64,000 bases of DNA, from the NCBI GenBank assembly GCA_050084515.1, contig CM114271.1:16926001-16990000 (forward strand), in the 5' to 3' direction. Shown here in pieces: positions 1-13,389 of the stretch. Numbering within the stretch: position 1 is the first letter of the stretch; each line of letters begins with the position of its first letter. The position numbers and the translations under genes are program-made. The notes beneath the pieces are model-generated. The model saw only the letters and a list, made by a program, of their open reading frames with translations, was not told the DNA's origin and did not search any database. The DNA is from Blasia pusilla (lineage: Eukaryota).

Positions 1-218
1 AAGGAAAAACGCTTCGATGTGACGATGTTCGAAACTCAAGAATTAGATCGATCTACAACTTTAGGATGGCTTGGATCATCCTTGCTCGAACAAGCATGGT
101 TATGCCGCTCCTCAAACCCGGTAGCTACCAGTGACATGAATGAAGCCTATGAGCTAAGAGCTAAGAGCTATCGATGCAAAGCTATGAAGCCAAATTTCGG
201 TCAGGACGGGAGGCTTAC

Positions 219-3050
219 GAAGAATGTCGTGGGAGCAAAAGCGAAGCCTCCAAGAAATCCAAGCAGAGATCCGAAAAACGGTATGCTACAAGCGACGAAT
301 GCTGTGAACGCTGCATCCGAAAGAAGGAAGCAAACCTGTCAGCATATTCTCTGCTGTGAACTTCAAGGCAGTAATTATTTATGCATAACTCGCAACCGTA
401 ACGACGAAATCGACTCTCGTGGCACCCGATTCGACCCGCTCCTAACGATGGGCCGCACTCGAATCCCGAAGAGCAAGCAAGCTTCTACCACAACACATTC
501 GCGTGAGGTGAGGGAGGGCTTACCGACATATAAGCTCCGACTCACCACTCGGAGCAGCGTAGAAGGAGGTATGCCGAATTTCCTCACCAGAACAGTTTCC
601 ATCATATCGAAGACGGGCATCGCATAAAGCTGCACATGCATCACTTGTTCGATTCCCAAAACATCAGACATTCTTCCCGAGACCAGCTGGGTCAGACTTC
701 GTGGAGTCCTAGACAATACCACTTTTCTTTTCTACTATAACATCCACGCGAGAGGATTCTAACACACGTACGTCAATCGAATCTGAGCCTTTTTCGCCAC
801 TAGCTCTTCTGCAAAACGGTCCCATGTAATCGGCAGTAATGCCAACGAACGACTAAGTAAATGATCGAGTGCAGAGCGTGATTGTGCAAACCTGGTAGCT
901 ACCAGTGACATGAATCACCACCATCATGTTCGCCATCGCAATGATCCACCTGGGTTTACCCAAACTGAGGAGGACGTTATGCTTCACTTTGTTGCCGAAT
1001 GCCCAATAACCCACGATGGCCACCGGGAAGTAACACATGGCAACTACCGTGTATGCAACGACCACGCCTCGCCACATAGCAATCTTGGACGGCCTCTCCG
1101 GTGTGGAAGGTATGGTAGCTTGGATCTCCAGAACCACGTTGTGCCCTGCATATGCGAATGCCACATTGCCCAGAGCGTTGAAGACTCCGAAAATGAAACC
1201 TACTTTCGAGTCGCCAGGGATGCCGTAGTCGGCTACGCGGTCGAACTTTCCCTCCGGATGAAGAGGAGCGATCCATGCTATCGTGGAGTAGCTGTTCGAG
1301 CAGAGACCATCGAAACAAACCGATTCACGACAAGTTCAGATATTCGAAGATTTCATTCATGATTCGTTTAGGCGATAGCGATCGAAGTTGTGAGTTCGGG
1401 GTGTTGGTTTTTTCTTTTTTTTTCTACGTTTAGGAGCTTGAGAAATCACAGCCCACGATCTTACCTCAAAGACATGATCGCAGCTGCGAGGGACACGCCG
1501 GCGATGGAGTTGAAGTTGGGTAGCTGTGAGAGGAAGAAGTGCTGGGATGCGAAGATGATCATCCAAGCCGACTTGCCTATATGGCCACAGTGAGAATCGG
1601 AGTCGTCGACAGCGTCTTCAGGGCAATGGACTAAGCTGTAGAACTTCTCCAGCGATTCGCCGCCTGCCACCATGTACACGATATCGACTCCGATGTCCAC
1701 GATGAGTTGCTGTGGTACCACAATCCACAGCCCCAGTTTCGGCCCGAAAGCTTGCTGCCCCAACTCATGGTACCGATCGAATCTCTTGCCGGGAACCATC
1801 TCGTGCATCTCCACCATTTGCCACAAAGTGTAGAGCGTAATCATCCACGAACCTACGAGAACGACGATCCCGGCTTCCCTGTTGGAAATCATAATCCAGC
1901 GCACTCGTCAGAATCAGCTGGCAGCTCACTAACAAGCCCATCTTCCCCATCCGCAGTGCTCTCATCGTTTCTTCATATATTTCCCACTTCGATGATCGGT
2001 CGCCCTCGACATAGAGAACAGCTTCTACACATTCGAACACTAATCTGAGACGCTCAGCAGAACCTACTACAGCCTCGTTCGCATCAGGTTCGTAGCGAGA
2101 GGAGACCGATCCCCGAGCTTCGAGGAAGCGGCTCTACTACTTACCAGCCCAAGTAGGCCATAGCCGCAGGGAGACCCAGCACACCGGCCCCCACCATTGC
2201 CGTCACATTGTGGAAGGCAGAATACCACCATTTCGCGTTTCGAGATCCTGTGACTGGAAGCCAGTCTTCGACCTCCTTCAGCTTGATAGCAGTCGGGTGT
2301 CGCAGTCCCTCCACATATCCGTCGTCGTCCTGCGCAACACATGACGAAACGTCAGGAAATGGAAGCGAAACCTCCTTCAAATCTGCAGGCACTGCTCCTT
2401 CTCACCTGGGCAGTAATCCTCGAGAGGAGAGGAGAGCAAAGCGCGAACTTGCGAATACCTTGGATACAAAAAGTGATTGCTTCTGCGTTTCTTGGGTGCG
2501 AATGCATGAAGCACAGGTCTGCAGCTTGCGTGCCGAAGCTGGAAACCGTGCGTGAGATTCGATTTCCAGGCGTCTCGTGTGAAATGCAATGAATGCAAAT
2601 GTGGAGCTTGAGTTCGATCACACAAGCATCCTTCCTGCTAGTTTCTCAAGAGATTGAGACATTCGCAAGAAACAAACAGCGCTCGACAGCCATGTCTCAA
2701 GAGAAGTGCGCATCAGAGTTTCGTCCGACGGTCGAAACGACGAGTCCCGAGCAATAATAATAATAATAATAATCAAACTAATACTAATACTACTACTACT
2801 GCTCGCGATGCATGCTTAGATCGGATGGGAAAATCTTATCATCGTACCACAGATCTATCGATCTTTAGGATACAGATCGAAGACGTTGTTTCTACAGTAG
2901 TAAAGCCTCGACGACTGGCAACACGAACCCCAGTCGAACAGGAACAGACGGAGAATGACTCCAGCTCCCTGAAGCAGACCCCCCAATCGTCTTCAATCCA
3001 ACCACACAACAACAGCAATGCAGCCTACATCTGGAAGTAGTCGAATTCAT
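219..3050 (-). CDS. LHT: Lysine/histidine transporter (LHT)-type amino-acid permease, multi-exon; last exon lies beyond the window start
   Basis: GT-AG exons in consistent phase at 2382-2145 ([32 protein letters not shown]), 1878-1465 ([25 protein letters not shown]), 1291-892 ([22 protein letters not shown]), 629-524 ([12 protein letters not shown]) and 310-219 ([20 protein letters not shown]). These are hallmark LHT motifs. A short first exon 3050-3029 (MNSTTSR) is phase-compatible but tentative. Confidence 0.93.
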
Positions 3051-3726
3051 CGGACCCGCCTTCCGAATCAGAAGAAGAAGAAGAAGAAGGGGACGTCGAT
3101 TGGCAGCGGAGCTGTACGGATTCTGAGACTAGTTAGCGAGCACTCATTTCACCGAATCTGACGAACTCGAACAGAAAGGAAACCGAAGGTGACCGATCGA
3201 ATGGTCACGTCGTCGTCCCCCATCTAACAAACTCCCTCCCATTCGAGTGCTGACGAAACATGCAGCGAGCGAGCTGCGTACACGCCCATGCCGAACGAAC
3301 GATCCCCGCAGCAGCACTAGTTCACACTTACTTTCGGCGCATGCGATGGTGTATAAATGATCGGTGGCCTCGCGAAGTCTGGCTCTCTGGGCGCCATGCT
3401 CGCTGTCGATCTTGCAGCCGCCGCAGCACTACGTTCTCACGAAACTTTCTTCGACGCAAACTGCTCTACTTCGATTACCTCCTCCGAACTACCCCCCCGG
3501 CCCCCCTCCGTATCGTCTTGGGCTGAAATCTACTGGAGGAACTCACTCGAAAACTCTTCCTCCTCCTCCTCCTCCTCCTCCTCCTCCTCCTTCTCCTTCT
3601 TCTTCCTCTTCTTCTATCGACTCGCCGACAAATGAAGGGCGAAAGGGACGAGAAATAACCTTACAGTCGATCGATGGAGTTTATACGATCTATACCCGCA
3701 TTCGGAACGGGTCTGGCCCCGAACGA

Positions 3727-4440
3727 ATGACTCCACCCATAAGACATCGTCGAAAGCTCCTCCTCCTCCTCCTCCTCCTCCTCCTCACCGGCTGCCGGCT
3801 GGATCAGTTTCATGTTCTTGTCCGAAGCTCTGCCACAGTGAAAGCAAGAAGAGCAGAGTCTGCTGTCGTGATCCCTCCCCTTGGGCCCTTGCACTTCTTT
3901 GGCGGCCATGAGCACCACCGGATAAGCGGAGACGCATTCATTCATTCTGTGGCACAGGAGGAGACGCAATCTCCATCGATGCCTGCGATCCCATTCGCGC
4001 TCGTATCAATGCCCCTCTCCGATTCGGAGCTCCCGTCGAAGCCGACAGCATCTCCGACCCTCTCCGAATTCGGAGCTTCCGTCGAATCCCATACCACTCC
4101 GACAACCCCCCGGTTCGGAGCTCCCGTCGAATCCGATAACCTCCGATTCGGAGCTCCCGTGGAATCCTATCGCGGCTCCGACGACTTCCTATTCGGAGCT
4201 CCCGTCGAACCCGATAGCGGCTCCTCCGACGACCTCCCATTCGGAGCTCCCGTCGAATCCGACAGCCGCTCCGGAAACCTCCGATTCGGACCTCCCGTCG
4301 ACCCCGATAGCGGCTCCTCCCACTCGGAGCTCCCGTCGAGCCCGACAGCATCCGCTCCGCCACCGTCTCCTCCAAGTCCCCCCGGTCACTCTCTCCTTTT
4401 GAGGAGGGCGATCTACTCCGCAGCATTTTTGGGGACGTGA
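3727..4440 (+). CDS. Putative secreted Pro/Ser-rich protein with internal FGAPVES(D) repeats (237 aa)
   Basis: ATG at 3727 lies within the long ORF 3364-4440 and follows a CT-rich leader. The N-terminus is basic plus poly-Leu (signal-peptide-like). There are about 6 FGAPVE-type repeats, a Pro-rich tail and a moderately hydrophobic C-terminus. No family recognised. Confidence 0.5.
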   Translation: MTPPIRHRRKLLLLLLLLLLTGCRLDQFHVLVRSSATVKARRAESAVVIPPLGPLHFFGGHEHHRISGDAFIHSVAQEETQSPSMPAIPFALVSMPLSDSELPSKPTASPTLSEFGASVESHTTPTTPRFGAPVESDNLRFGAPVESYRGSDDFLFGAPVEPDSGSSDDLPFGAPVESDSRSGNLRFGPPVDPDSGSSHSELPSSPTASAPPPSPPSPPGHSLLLRRAIYSAAFLGT

Positions 4441-7400
4441 TCATCTTCCCCCTCACCAAAACCAAAAACCCCCAAAAAAAAAAAACTTATTAAAAAAAAG
4501 AAAAGAAAACGAGGGGCCACCGCCAAATACTCTCCCTGCCCTCTACGCAGCTTGCAAGCCCCTCCATCTCGGCGGAGTGAACGGCCCCAAAGAATCAAAG
4601 TAGAAATGAAAGGTGAGGATTCTTTCGATAGCTCGTTTGAGATTCCTAAGAGCATGCACTAAACCCTCCATTTTCTTGTTGGGCGGAGGGCTGCCTGCCC
4701 ATGCCATGCACTGCACTGCACTGCTTCGATCAATAGATTCAATCGATAAAGCCTCGAATACCCACCAACACTACTCCTTTCCGATTAAACTTCCCTTCTT
4801 TAATGCGTTTCTTCATTATCATATGAATATCTCTCCACTTTTCTTTTCCCAAAGAAGACATCTTTGGAAGGGAGGAGGAGGGGGAGCATCGAGGAGGAGG
4901 AGGAGGAGGTGGTGATGTTGGGAAAGGATAACTACGTACGTACATCACATGCACTTAAGGTCAATATGTCATCCGTTGTAGAGTGATTTCTTGAGAGGCG
5001 TATGGGGGGGCATTTAATTAAGTGGATCTCTCTCACGAAACTAAACTAGTAAAAGTGGCAGAAGGAGAGAGCCCAAGTTTAGTTATGTGGATCTCCCACA
5101 AAAGTGAAACTAAACTAAACTAGTAAGAATGACCATGCAATCCCTCCCATGCAAAAGCATTTGGATAAGGAAACTAAACTAGTAAGAGTGGCTAGGCACT
5201 TTGGCCTAGGGAGAGAGCCATATTTAGTATCAAAACTAAATTAGCAAATGTCAATGGCACGGCATGAGAAGGGTTAAAAAATACGAGGTAAAGGAATATG
5301 CAAGCCTACTTTCACCATATCCCGTGAGCTTAGGTGCCAATATGGTGTTTTGGATGTGGCCCCTCCTCCCTTCCACTTACTTCTCCTTCTCATTCAACCT
5401 CCACCTTTATTTACTACTCTCCGCCTTCAAGTCGTACAAATGAGTACATGTGTCACAATTATTAGTAATTTTTCAATTATGGTCAAATATGTGTCCCATA
5501 TTAAATGGATTAAAATTTTCAAGGTACCACATGAGGTAGTTTTTCATGGTTTCTTTCAAAAGAGGTACTAACATAAGATTACTCTTGGAAGTGACTTCAC
5601 TTCACTTATTATAGTATAGATGTCGGCTTGACAACTTCAAACCCAAACTACTTCACAACATTGCCAACGCACCACCCCAAACTAATTATCATGGCGACAC
5701 ATTTTCATGTACCTCCTATACATCATTAATCCGATTTCTTTTTGGGGTTTTCCTACTTTTAGAACAACCATCTTTCAAAAAGCTTTGATGTGCGTTTACG
5801 GTTTAGGCCTTGGGGGGTCTTTAGGAATATGTGAACTTGCAACTATCCATCTAACTCAAACTTGTGCTTAAAAAAATCCCACAATCGGGTGATTTTCTTT
5901 GCAAATCGCACCAAAGATAGATACAACCGATTGTGAAAGAAACCCCATTTTTGTGCAATACTAAAAACACGAAAATTATCCCTTTGTTCCTTTGAACCAT
6001 GAAACTTCGTTTGGTGTAGATTTTAAGACCTGCAACTCTCCCATTCCCATTTTCAAGATACGAATAAAATCGTATCTTGAAAAAACTTCAAATTACCTCA
6101 CTTCTCGATTAAACAAAAATAAGTTTGAACTCGTGAAAAAAGATAAAATACCTCCCTATCGTCCTTCCTCCTCAATAAACGAGCACTACTCTAAAAAGTA
6201 CAAAATGATAAATAAAGAATACGTGGAAAACACCTTCCCACTGAGAAAACCCTTTTCCCTCACATGGCCCATTTGCAAAAGAAATATCGGCCTAAAAGAA
6301 AGTGCTGCTTAGAATATTATGATCCACAAAAAGGTACGAAATCTATCTCTCATCAATCAATTATTAATCATACGTGTGACAAAATGGAGGGCAAAGGGTG
6401 TCATTATATGATGTAAACTCATCATTACACGAAGTCAAAGGACATTGTCGGGTATTGTGGGGTGTGAAAAAAACCATATATAAACATGTACAAGAGGACC
6501 CAAATTCAGTTAAAATTTAGTAAATAAGTATGAGGTCATGACTTGGTAGGGTAATTGAAAAATGTAACAGATTTTTTTTTAAAAGAAAATTATGGGGAGT
6601 AGAAAGAGACTTCGGAGTCATAAGGAAGTCAACTCAAGTCAAAGAAAGCAATTTGGAGGAAGGGGTGGAGTTTGTCACCTACCTAGTGATATTCTTTCAA
6701 ATCATAAGTGGATGGGGAATCAAATTCTCATCTAGTTTTAGTGTTCAAAGTCTTTCAAACTCTTTCTTGCTCTTGGAAGTGTTGGTGGAAGATCAAGTTT
6801 GGATCAACACCGTAGAAAATGAACCAAACTCGTAATGTGCAAAATCATGAAATCGACCACTCGACCAAATTAGAATGTTAGATCAGAAATTAATTCAACA
6901 CATAGGAAAAATTCCTTATATATCTTGCTCCACCTAAAGCACCTAGGAAATCGCTAAAGTCAACTAAATCTCGACTTGCTTGTTTGGAAGGGTTGTTTAA
7001 GGTCATGAATTTTATATTTGTTTTGTTTTATATGTACAACTAGGAATGGATGGTTTCAACCATTCATCTAAATATTTAACATGAGATTTGTAATTTTAAT
7101 GAGACAACGTGGAGTTGGATTCTCAACATCCACTTCTTTTAGCACCATTAATCTGATCGGCCCTCTTATATGAAGAGAAGCCTAGATTGAGGGTTTCGAA
7201 GTGGATGTCAGAGGAGTCATAGTAATATGACGTAAGTGGTTTATGGAGTAGTGTTACTAGAATTATCTAACCCTATATTGCATCAAGGTGCGGGGCACCC
7301 TAATGCGTCACGAAATAGGCACGAATTCGAGACGCAGCCCCTGGAAAAAAAAATTCTATAAATAGAAACAAAGAAAAATAGGTAAAAATCCTAGTTTCTC

Positions 7401-8399
7401 AAGTAGTGAAATAGTCGGCAGCCGCAGCGATAGCGCATTCTCGTATGTCGAGTTATCTTCATGTTTAGGTTCCATCAAAGCTCTTTTATAAGCGCATAGA
7501 CGGACTGGGCCACTTTGTATCTCCAAGATTTGTAACATATTTCAGTGATTTCGTCACATTCTGTTTTCTCACACGTGGGAGAATCATCATACAAGGGAGG
7601 TGAAATTTGTGAAGTAGCAAATCTTCCTACCATCAACGTAGAGAAGAGTCAAAATAAGAAGAGATCTAAGGGTTTGCAAGGAATTAAAGGACAATGTTAT
7701 GCTCAAATTTGCTAAGTGGATGTCTCAATCTGTAGCTTGAGAGTTCCACAAGACATATATATATCACTCAGTTTATTTACTTGATCACTCCAAAATTATT
7801 TGTTGATCGAGCCATAGAGCAAGAACAATGAATTCCTTCCCAAAAGATGAAATATACGTCTCCATAAATTAATTGAATGAGAATACAACTCATTTTCTTG
7901 GAGTATAATGAAAACACCAATTTTAGCGTTCTTGGTGAATTAAAACATTTTTAGATTTCCAACTTCCTTGAAATCATGTTTACAAGTAAAATTAAGACTT
8001 AAGTCCATTTAAATCTGACTAAGACATCAAGTTCTTTTGCAACCAATCGAGTCTCTTTTAGTTGCCAATAGCCTATAAAGTAGGATCTTGAAGTAAAAAT
8101 GTTCAGAATGTTGTTGGCAATGTTTATTTTTCTCTTTTCTTTGGATATCTCGGGAGAGCAAAGGCTAGTGTGTGATGTGGTCGAAGTCATCGTAGACCCG
8201 TCAAAGCAATGTTTGCAACAGAAACTAAATAATTTTACGACTTCACTGTAAAGGAAGCGGCGGAAGATTGATTGCAGACTCTGCCAAGGTTTGTGCGTTG
8301 GTCAGCCAAATCGGAGCTTAAGACCCAATTCTGAAGTGAAGAAACAAATAATCTTGGCCTTATGCAGAATGAGTTATTCCACCTCTAGAATCAATCTTA

Positions 8400-9492
8400 T
8401 AGCCATAATGAGATCCTAAGAGCCATTTCAAAAGGATTTGAAACTCTAGTTTGAAACCCAAATCAGTCAAAAGTTCACAGCAAAATGAGCTATTTGGGCT
8501 CCAAAACTCTCATACCGCCAATTCGAGCATTCAAAGCAGTAGTTATTAATGATTCAAAAGTTGCCAGCGCATAAAGCTATTCCGGCCCTGGAAAAGCTCC
8601 TAACGCAAGAATAGATTTAAACAGCAAAATCCAAAGCATTCAGAACTCTAGTTCCAAATAAGCCAAAAGTTTCCAGTGGAATGAGTTGTTTCCGTTTTGG
8701 AGAATCTCCCATCTCAAAGAATCTAGAAAGTGCTATTGGCAATAGATCTACTATTTCCTGCGGAAGGAGTTGTTCAGGCTTTGAAAGAGCACCTACTACC
8801 AATTGAAGGTAATTTGGAACTATAGTTCCAAATTTATGTTTTATGGAAATTTAGAACTATAGATCCAATTTAGCTCAAAGGCCCCGCCTGTCCTTTGAAG
8901 TAGCAAGGCATGAGCGCTCAATTCAGTGGTGCCTCTGCCTTGGTTTGAACCCCTTGCGATGGCCATAAAGTTGACATCGGAATGTGCATTAGTGTGGAGA
9001 ATGCTCCAAGAACCAATCTAGCACATACTCCTGCATCTTGGTTTCAACCACCTCTCTTTGGGTCTTGTGTATTCTAATAAGGTGTTGCTTTTCAAGCACC
9101 CACTTCTCAATAGAAGTTGTAGACTAGTTCTACATCCATTCTCTTTTAGGTTTGTAAGTGATTACCCTCATGTACATGGTACAGTGGAAGATCCTGTCGA
9201 GATCTAATATCTTTCTGTGCTTTTAAAGTTTTAAAAGTAAGATCTGAGAGGACATAGAATTATGATTTCAAAACCCCCCATCCTCACCCCACTTGCAATC
9301 CACAAAGAATCTACAAGGTCCTCTAGGCAATAGACCTACTATTGGCCATTGAAGGAGGTTGTTCGGGCTTTGAAAGAGCATCTACCGCCAATTGGAAGGA
9401 ATTTTGAACTATACTTCCAAATTTTTGTTTTATGGCAATTTGGAACTATAGACCCAATTGAGTTCGGAGGCCCCTCGTGTCCTCCAAATAGG
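8400..9492. repeat. Degenerate tandem/dispersed repeat carrying the palindrome TTGGAACTATAGTTCCAA (left flank of element A)
   Basis: Motif variants near 8645, 8813, 8851, 9403 and 9440. The unit interrupted at 9492 resumes after 19846. Confidence 0.7.
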
Positions 9493-10010
9493 TATAACGT
9501 CTTTTAGGATAGATCGGTGAGATCTAGTAGAGCGCCTTCGTGAGTAGTGGAGGAGAGGCTCAGTAGGTCGAGGATGACTTGTTGAGGCCCCGGAAAACCT
9601 GAGAGAGCATGTTTCTCCTTCGTTTCGGCTCATTTGGAGCCATCTTGAGCAACTTACTATTTTAGGTAAGTACCATTTTGAATATATGATCGACTATCTA
9701 TTTTTGGTAAGTGGCCCTTGACCTCCTACATCAGATCAAGAGCCAAGGAGGTGACTTGGGAGAATAGGTTACCATGGAGAGAGCTTGGGAGAGAGGAGGG
9801 GTATACCTCAAGGAGAGAGAGCTTGAGAGCTCATTCTCTCTTTGTTGAACCTCTTGGCATGAAGCGGCGGAGCTATGGTCCCTTGCCTTGTGAGTGTAAC
9901 CCAAGCCTCTCATTGGGAGAGTGGGTTTGGTTTGACATGAGAGAGAGTGCACACCTTTGAGAGCTATGGTGTGAGATGGTGTAGAGAGAGATTGGATCTT
10001 ACTTTACAAA
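9493..10010 (+). repeat. Element A terminal repeat A1 (~515 bp)
   Basis: Near-identical to 19205-19722 at a constant offset of 9712. It is not followed by repeat B or by a TGG-type PBS. Confidence 0.93.
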
Positions 10011-11737
10011 GAGAGAATCAAAGAATGAAAGAGTGAGAGAGCTTCATGGGGGAGCTCGCTAGTCACTCGCTGTTTTTTCAGGTTGGGGACCGTGTTCCCC
10101 GTTCAGCGGCTCATGGGAGTGCTCACCGGAGCAAGGGCTGCTTTGATTGTTCTTTGCATTTGCTGATTTTTCGTGTGGAAGAGTGGCGCGCGGAAGCGCT
10201 GATAGAGATTGGTTATGGGGGCGGGTTGCCCCATGCTAGTGCTCTCAAGAGCACCATGTAGCTTGCTGATTTGTATTTTTACAGGTTTTACATTTTGGTT
10301 GGGAGAAATCAGCAAATTTTGTAGGAGAAAGAGACAATCCCTATCATTTTTACCGGAATGTCTAATTCCGTAAAAAGATTTGACCCGCCAAATTTTTTGT
10401 GTAGGAGAAAGAGACATTGGGCTTTATGACAATCCCTATCATTTTTTACTGGAATGTCTAATTCCAAATATTTTTTTACGCCGTTGTAGATCGTGAAGCT
10501 GTGCAAGTTGTACAACAAATGGTGCACAATTTGGAGTTGCGAGTAAAAAGTTATGGTCAATCTTGAAAAATTGCTATTGCTAGGCAATTTATAGGGTTAA
10601 ATTGTTCAAACCCTAAACCAGCGGCGGCCATCGCCATCATAGTCACCATCACCGATTACCGGTCAACCATGACCATCAACGGTCAATCATCACTATCAAC
10701 GGTCCACCGTCCGTTTTCCACCTTTTGGTTGCCATTGCCGCCATTACGGAGTGGAGGGTCTTCCACGACGTTCATTGATTCTCTGACTTGCGTCGCCACC
10801 ACATACTTTGTTTTGGCCGCTACCGTCATCGCAGTTTCGTCATCAACCAATGATGGCAGATGATCTCTGGTTATGGTGTTTGAGTTTTGATTTCATGCTG
10901 CTATGTTGTGATTGGTAGGCGCTCGACGACGATCGAGTACCGTGCCGTGACGCCCGTAGCCGCAACGCGCCGCCGATTGCCGCGTCCTGCCGCTCGTGGC
11001 CGCACCGCACCATCTTGATCACGGAGCCACACCGTCATTGTGGAGCAGAGTGTGGGTTTTTTGTTGATTGAGGAGGGTATGCCGCCAAGTGCCGCATCCC
11101 ACCATCGAGGGCCGTGCCGTTTGTAGCCGTTCTGTACCACCTGCAACGCCGCACCATTCCACTGGAACTGCACTGTCCATCGAGGAGTTTTGAGCAGCGT
11201 CAGTATGGGAGGAGTATAACTTGTTGATTGGAGGATTTGTCTCCACGATCGAGTTGGGGTCGAGATTTGCAGTTGCTGAGGAGCGACATCGACATGTGTT
11301 CAGGTTACCCATTCTGGTCCTTTACCCTGCACTCGTGAGGGATTATGGGATTTGGGTAGTTTATTTGGGGATATTGGATTGTGTGGATGCTGAGAGCATT
11401 ATTTATGTATATGGTTTAGGGGACATAGACATGTGTGGGTAGGTTGTCGATGAGATGATAGCGTGGTCGATTTTCCGCACCACGCCGATTGTTGCCGCAC
11501 GTTACACGTCTCGGGGAGGGAGAGTGTAGATCGAGTGCCGCATGTTTGGGATGAGTGATTGAGAGATTACTTGCGAGGTTGAGAGTGATTGTATGAGAGG
11601 GGCACGAGGGCCATCACGGCGTCCTTTTAAGATTTTGAGAGGCGAGGTAGTGGACGTGAGAGTAGCTTTGAAGGGTTTACCCGCATAGTGCGAGGTTTCG
11701 AGGGTCTCCATGTGAGAGATCACCTCGATCTCCTTCT

Positions 11738-13280
11738 GTGTCATCTTCAGACAAGGGGGAGCATGTAGAGGAGTGTGTTAGTGATCCACCTTACACATTG
11801 AGGGTCCTACCAGTTGGCCGTCCGAGATGGACGACCGGGGTAGAGGACCACGTAGGTTTTCGGGTGTTGTAGGCACCATAGAGCTACACGACTTCATTGC
11901 GGAGTTTAGGAGTTGGTGTGACTCACAACGGGCTAGGAACTGTAGAGAGTTCAACCCGTTTACAGCATAGAACGGTATGTTCCAGCATTTAGAGGGGGCA
12001 CCTATGGATGATTACCATGAGTTCTCCCAGAGATATGCCCAGGAGATTGAGACATGACAACTCTACTATGACCCACACTATGTGTCATGGACAGAGCCGT
12101 TCCCAGATGAGGAGAAGGAGTCAGGACAGGCTACTTCCTCTTCCACTGGTGATGTTTTAGGAGGGGTCACTCGCGCTGGAGCAGTTGCACCGTCTAGTCG
12201 GGTTCGTCCCAGGTTCAACCCCATGGTTGAGTTCGTTGCTGAGTTGAGGGCGAGCTACCAAGGGGTACGGACGGAGAAGTTGCGGAGCATCCATGACTTC
12301 CAGAGGCGCCCGGGTGAGAGTTTTTGTGAGGCTTACACTTGCTTGCGCCGGTTGATCAACGTCACTCACGGGGTGACAAAGGCTCAGGCTATCCAGTCAT
12401 GGTACGTGATGTTGGACCGGACCCTGCGGACACGGGTGCGGGAGGGGGTGCTTCTTATGAACACCTCCCCTACGTTGAGAGATGTTTTTAGGACCGCTGA
12501 GAACATTGAGCATAACATGGCGGAGGAGAGCGTAGCCACCATGGGTTTTGGGGGAGAGTAGTAACGATTGTCTGCACTACTTGTGCAACAACGTGGACTC
12601 CGAGATAGGTCGACTGTGGCACCACGAGCTCAGGGAGGATACCGGGAGGTCGTGCCACAGACTGCACCTTCATATGCGGCTCAGCAGCAGCCGCCTACTA
12701 TTACTTGTTGGTCATGTGGTGGAGCCCATCATCAGCGCAATTGCACTCATCAAGGTCATTGACGTGTGCCTCAGCATGGAGGAGAAGATGGTGCTGCACC
12801 AAGAGGTTATCAGTGTGACTATTGTCAGAGGTATGGTCATACACGCGCCAGGTGTTTCATTTTACATCCTGAGTGACGTCCGAACTGAGGGCCAGAGAGA
12901 GCACCAGAGCAAGTAGCCGGTCCGGGTGGACTAGAGATCGTGCACCAAGTGGTCCTGTTGGGGGACGAGGAGCTGGAGTTGCCCGACATGGTGGTGGAGC
13001 TGCCCATGGAGGAGGTAGAGTCCCACCACCTAGATGCGTTGAGGGAGATGCCGGGCGTGAGGCTAGGATGGCTGCTCAGATACATCATCTACAAGAGCAC
13101 ATTGCCGCTATGGCATTTAGATTACCCAATGTCGGATCCGTGGCATCGACATCATATGGAGCAGCCAGAGATATGGAGGATCCTGGTTGGATGTGCCCAG
13201 ATGGAGGCAACCGCAGTTATGACGCGTGGAGCAGCCGCAGAGTTGGATCCACAGCGAGGGGAAGCCAGGAAACAGACTAG
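11738..13280 (+). pseudogene. gag: Element A gag (capsid-like region, two CCHC zinc knuckles, RG-rich tail), disrupted
   Basis: FQRRPGESFCEAY capsid-like motif. CWSCGGAHHQRNC and CDYCQRYGHTRARC knuckles. Several in-frame stops. Collinear with ORFs in copy B (40868 downward). Confidence 0.8.
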
Positions 13281-13389
13281 GCTTCCTCTGTCTTTCACAT
13301 TGTCCGAGGCGATGAGGACCCCATCGATGGGTCCTGATCAGAGTTCCTGGAGAGTTGGTGATGTTGTTGGTGTGTAGGCACGGAGGGCG

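Noticed and set aside
19-627. 202-aa + strand ORF and other short ORFs overlapping LHT, SYF1 and pol on the opposite strand
   Set aside because: These are antisense shadows of real coding sequence with no recognisable motifs.
2752-3610. (AAT)n, (ACT)n, (GAA)n and (CCT)n microsatellites
   Set aside because: Ordinary simple repeats in intron or UTR sequence.
9718-9960. 80-aa ORF repeated at 19430 and 23862
   Set aside because: It lies within terminal repeat A, so its recurrence reflects the repeat. It has a non-ATG start and is not conserved in family C.
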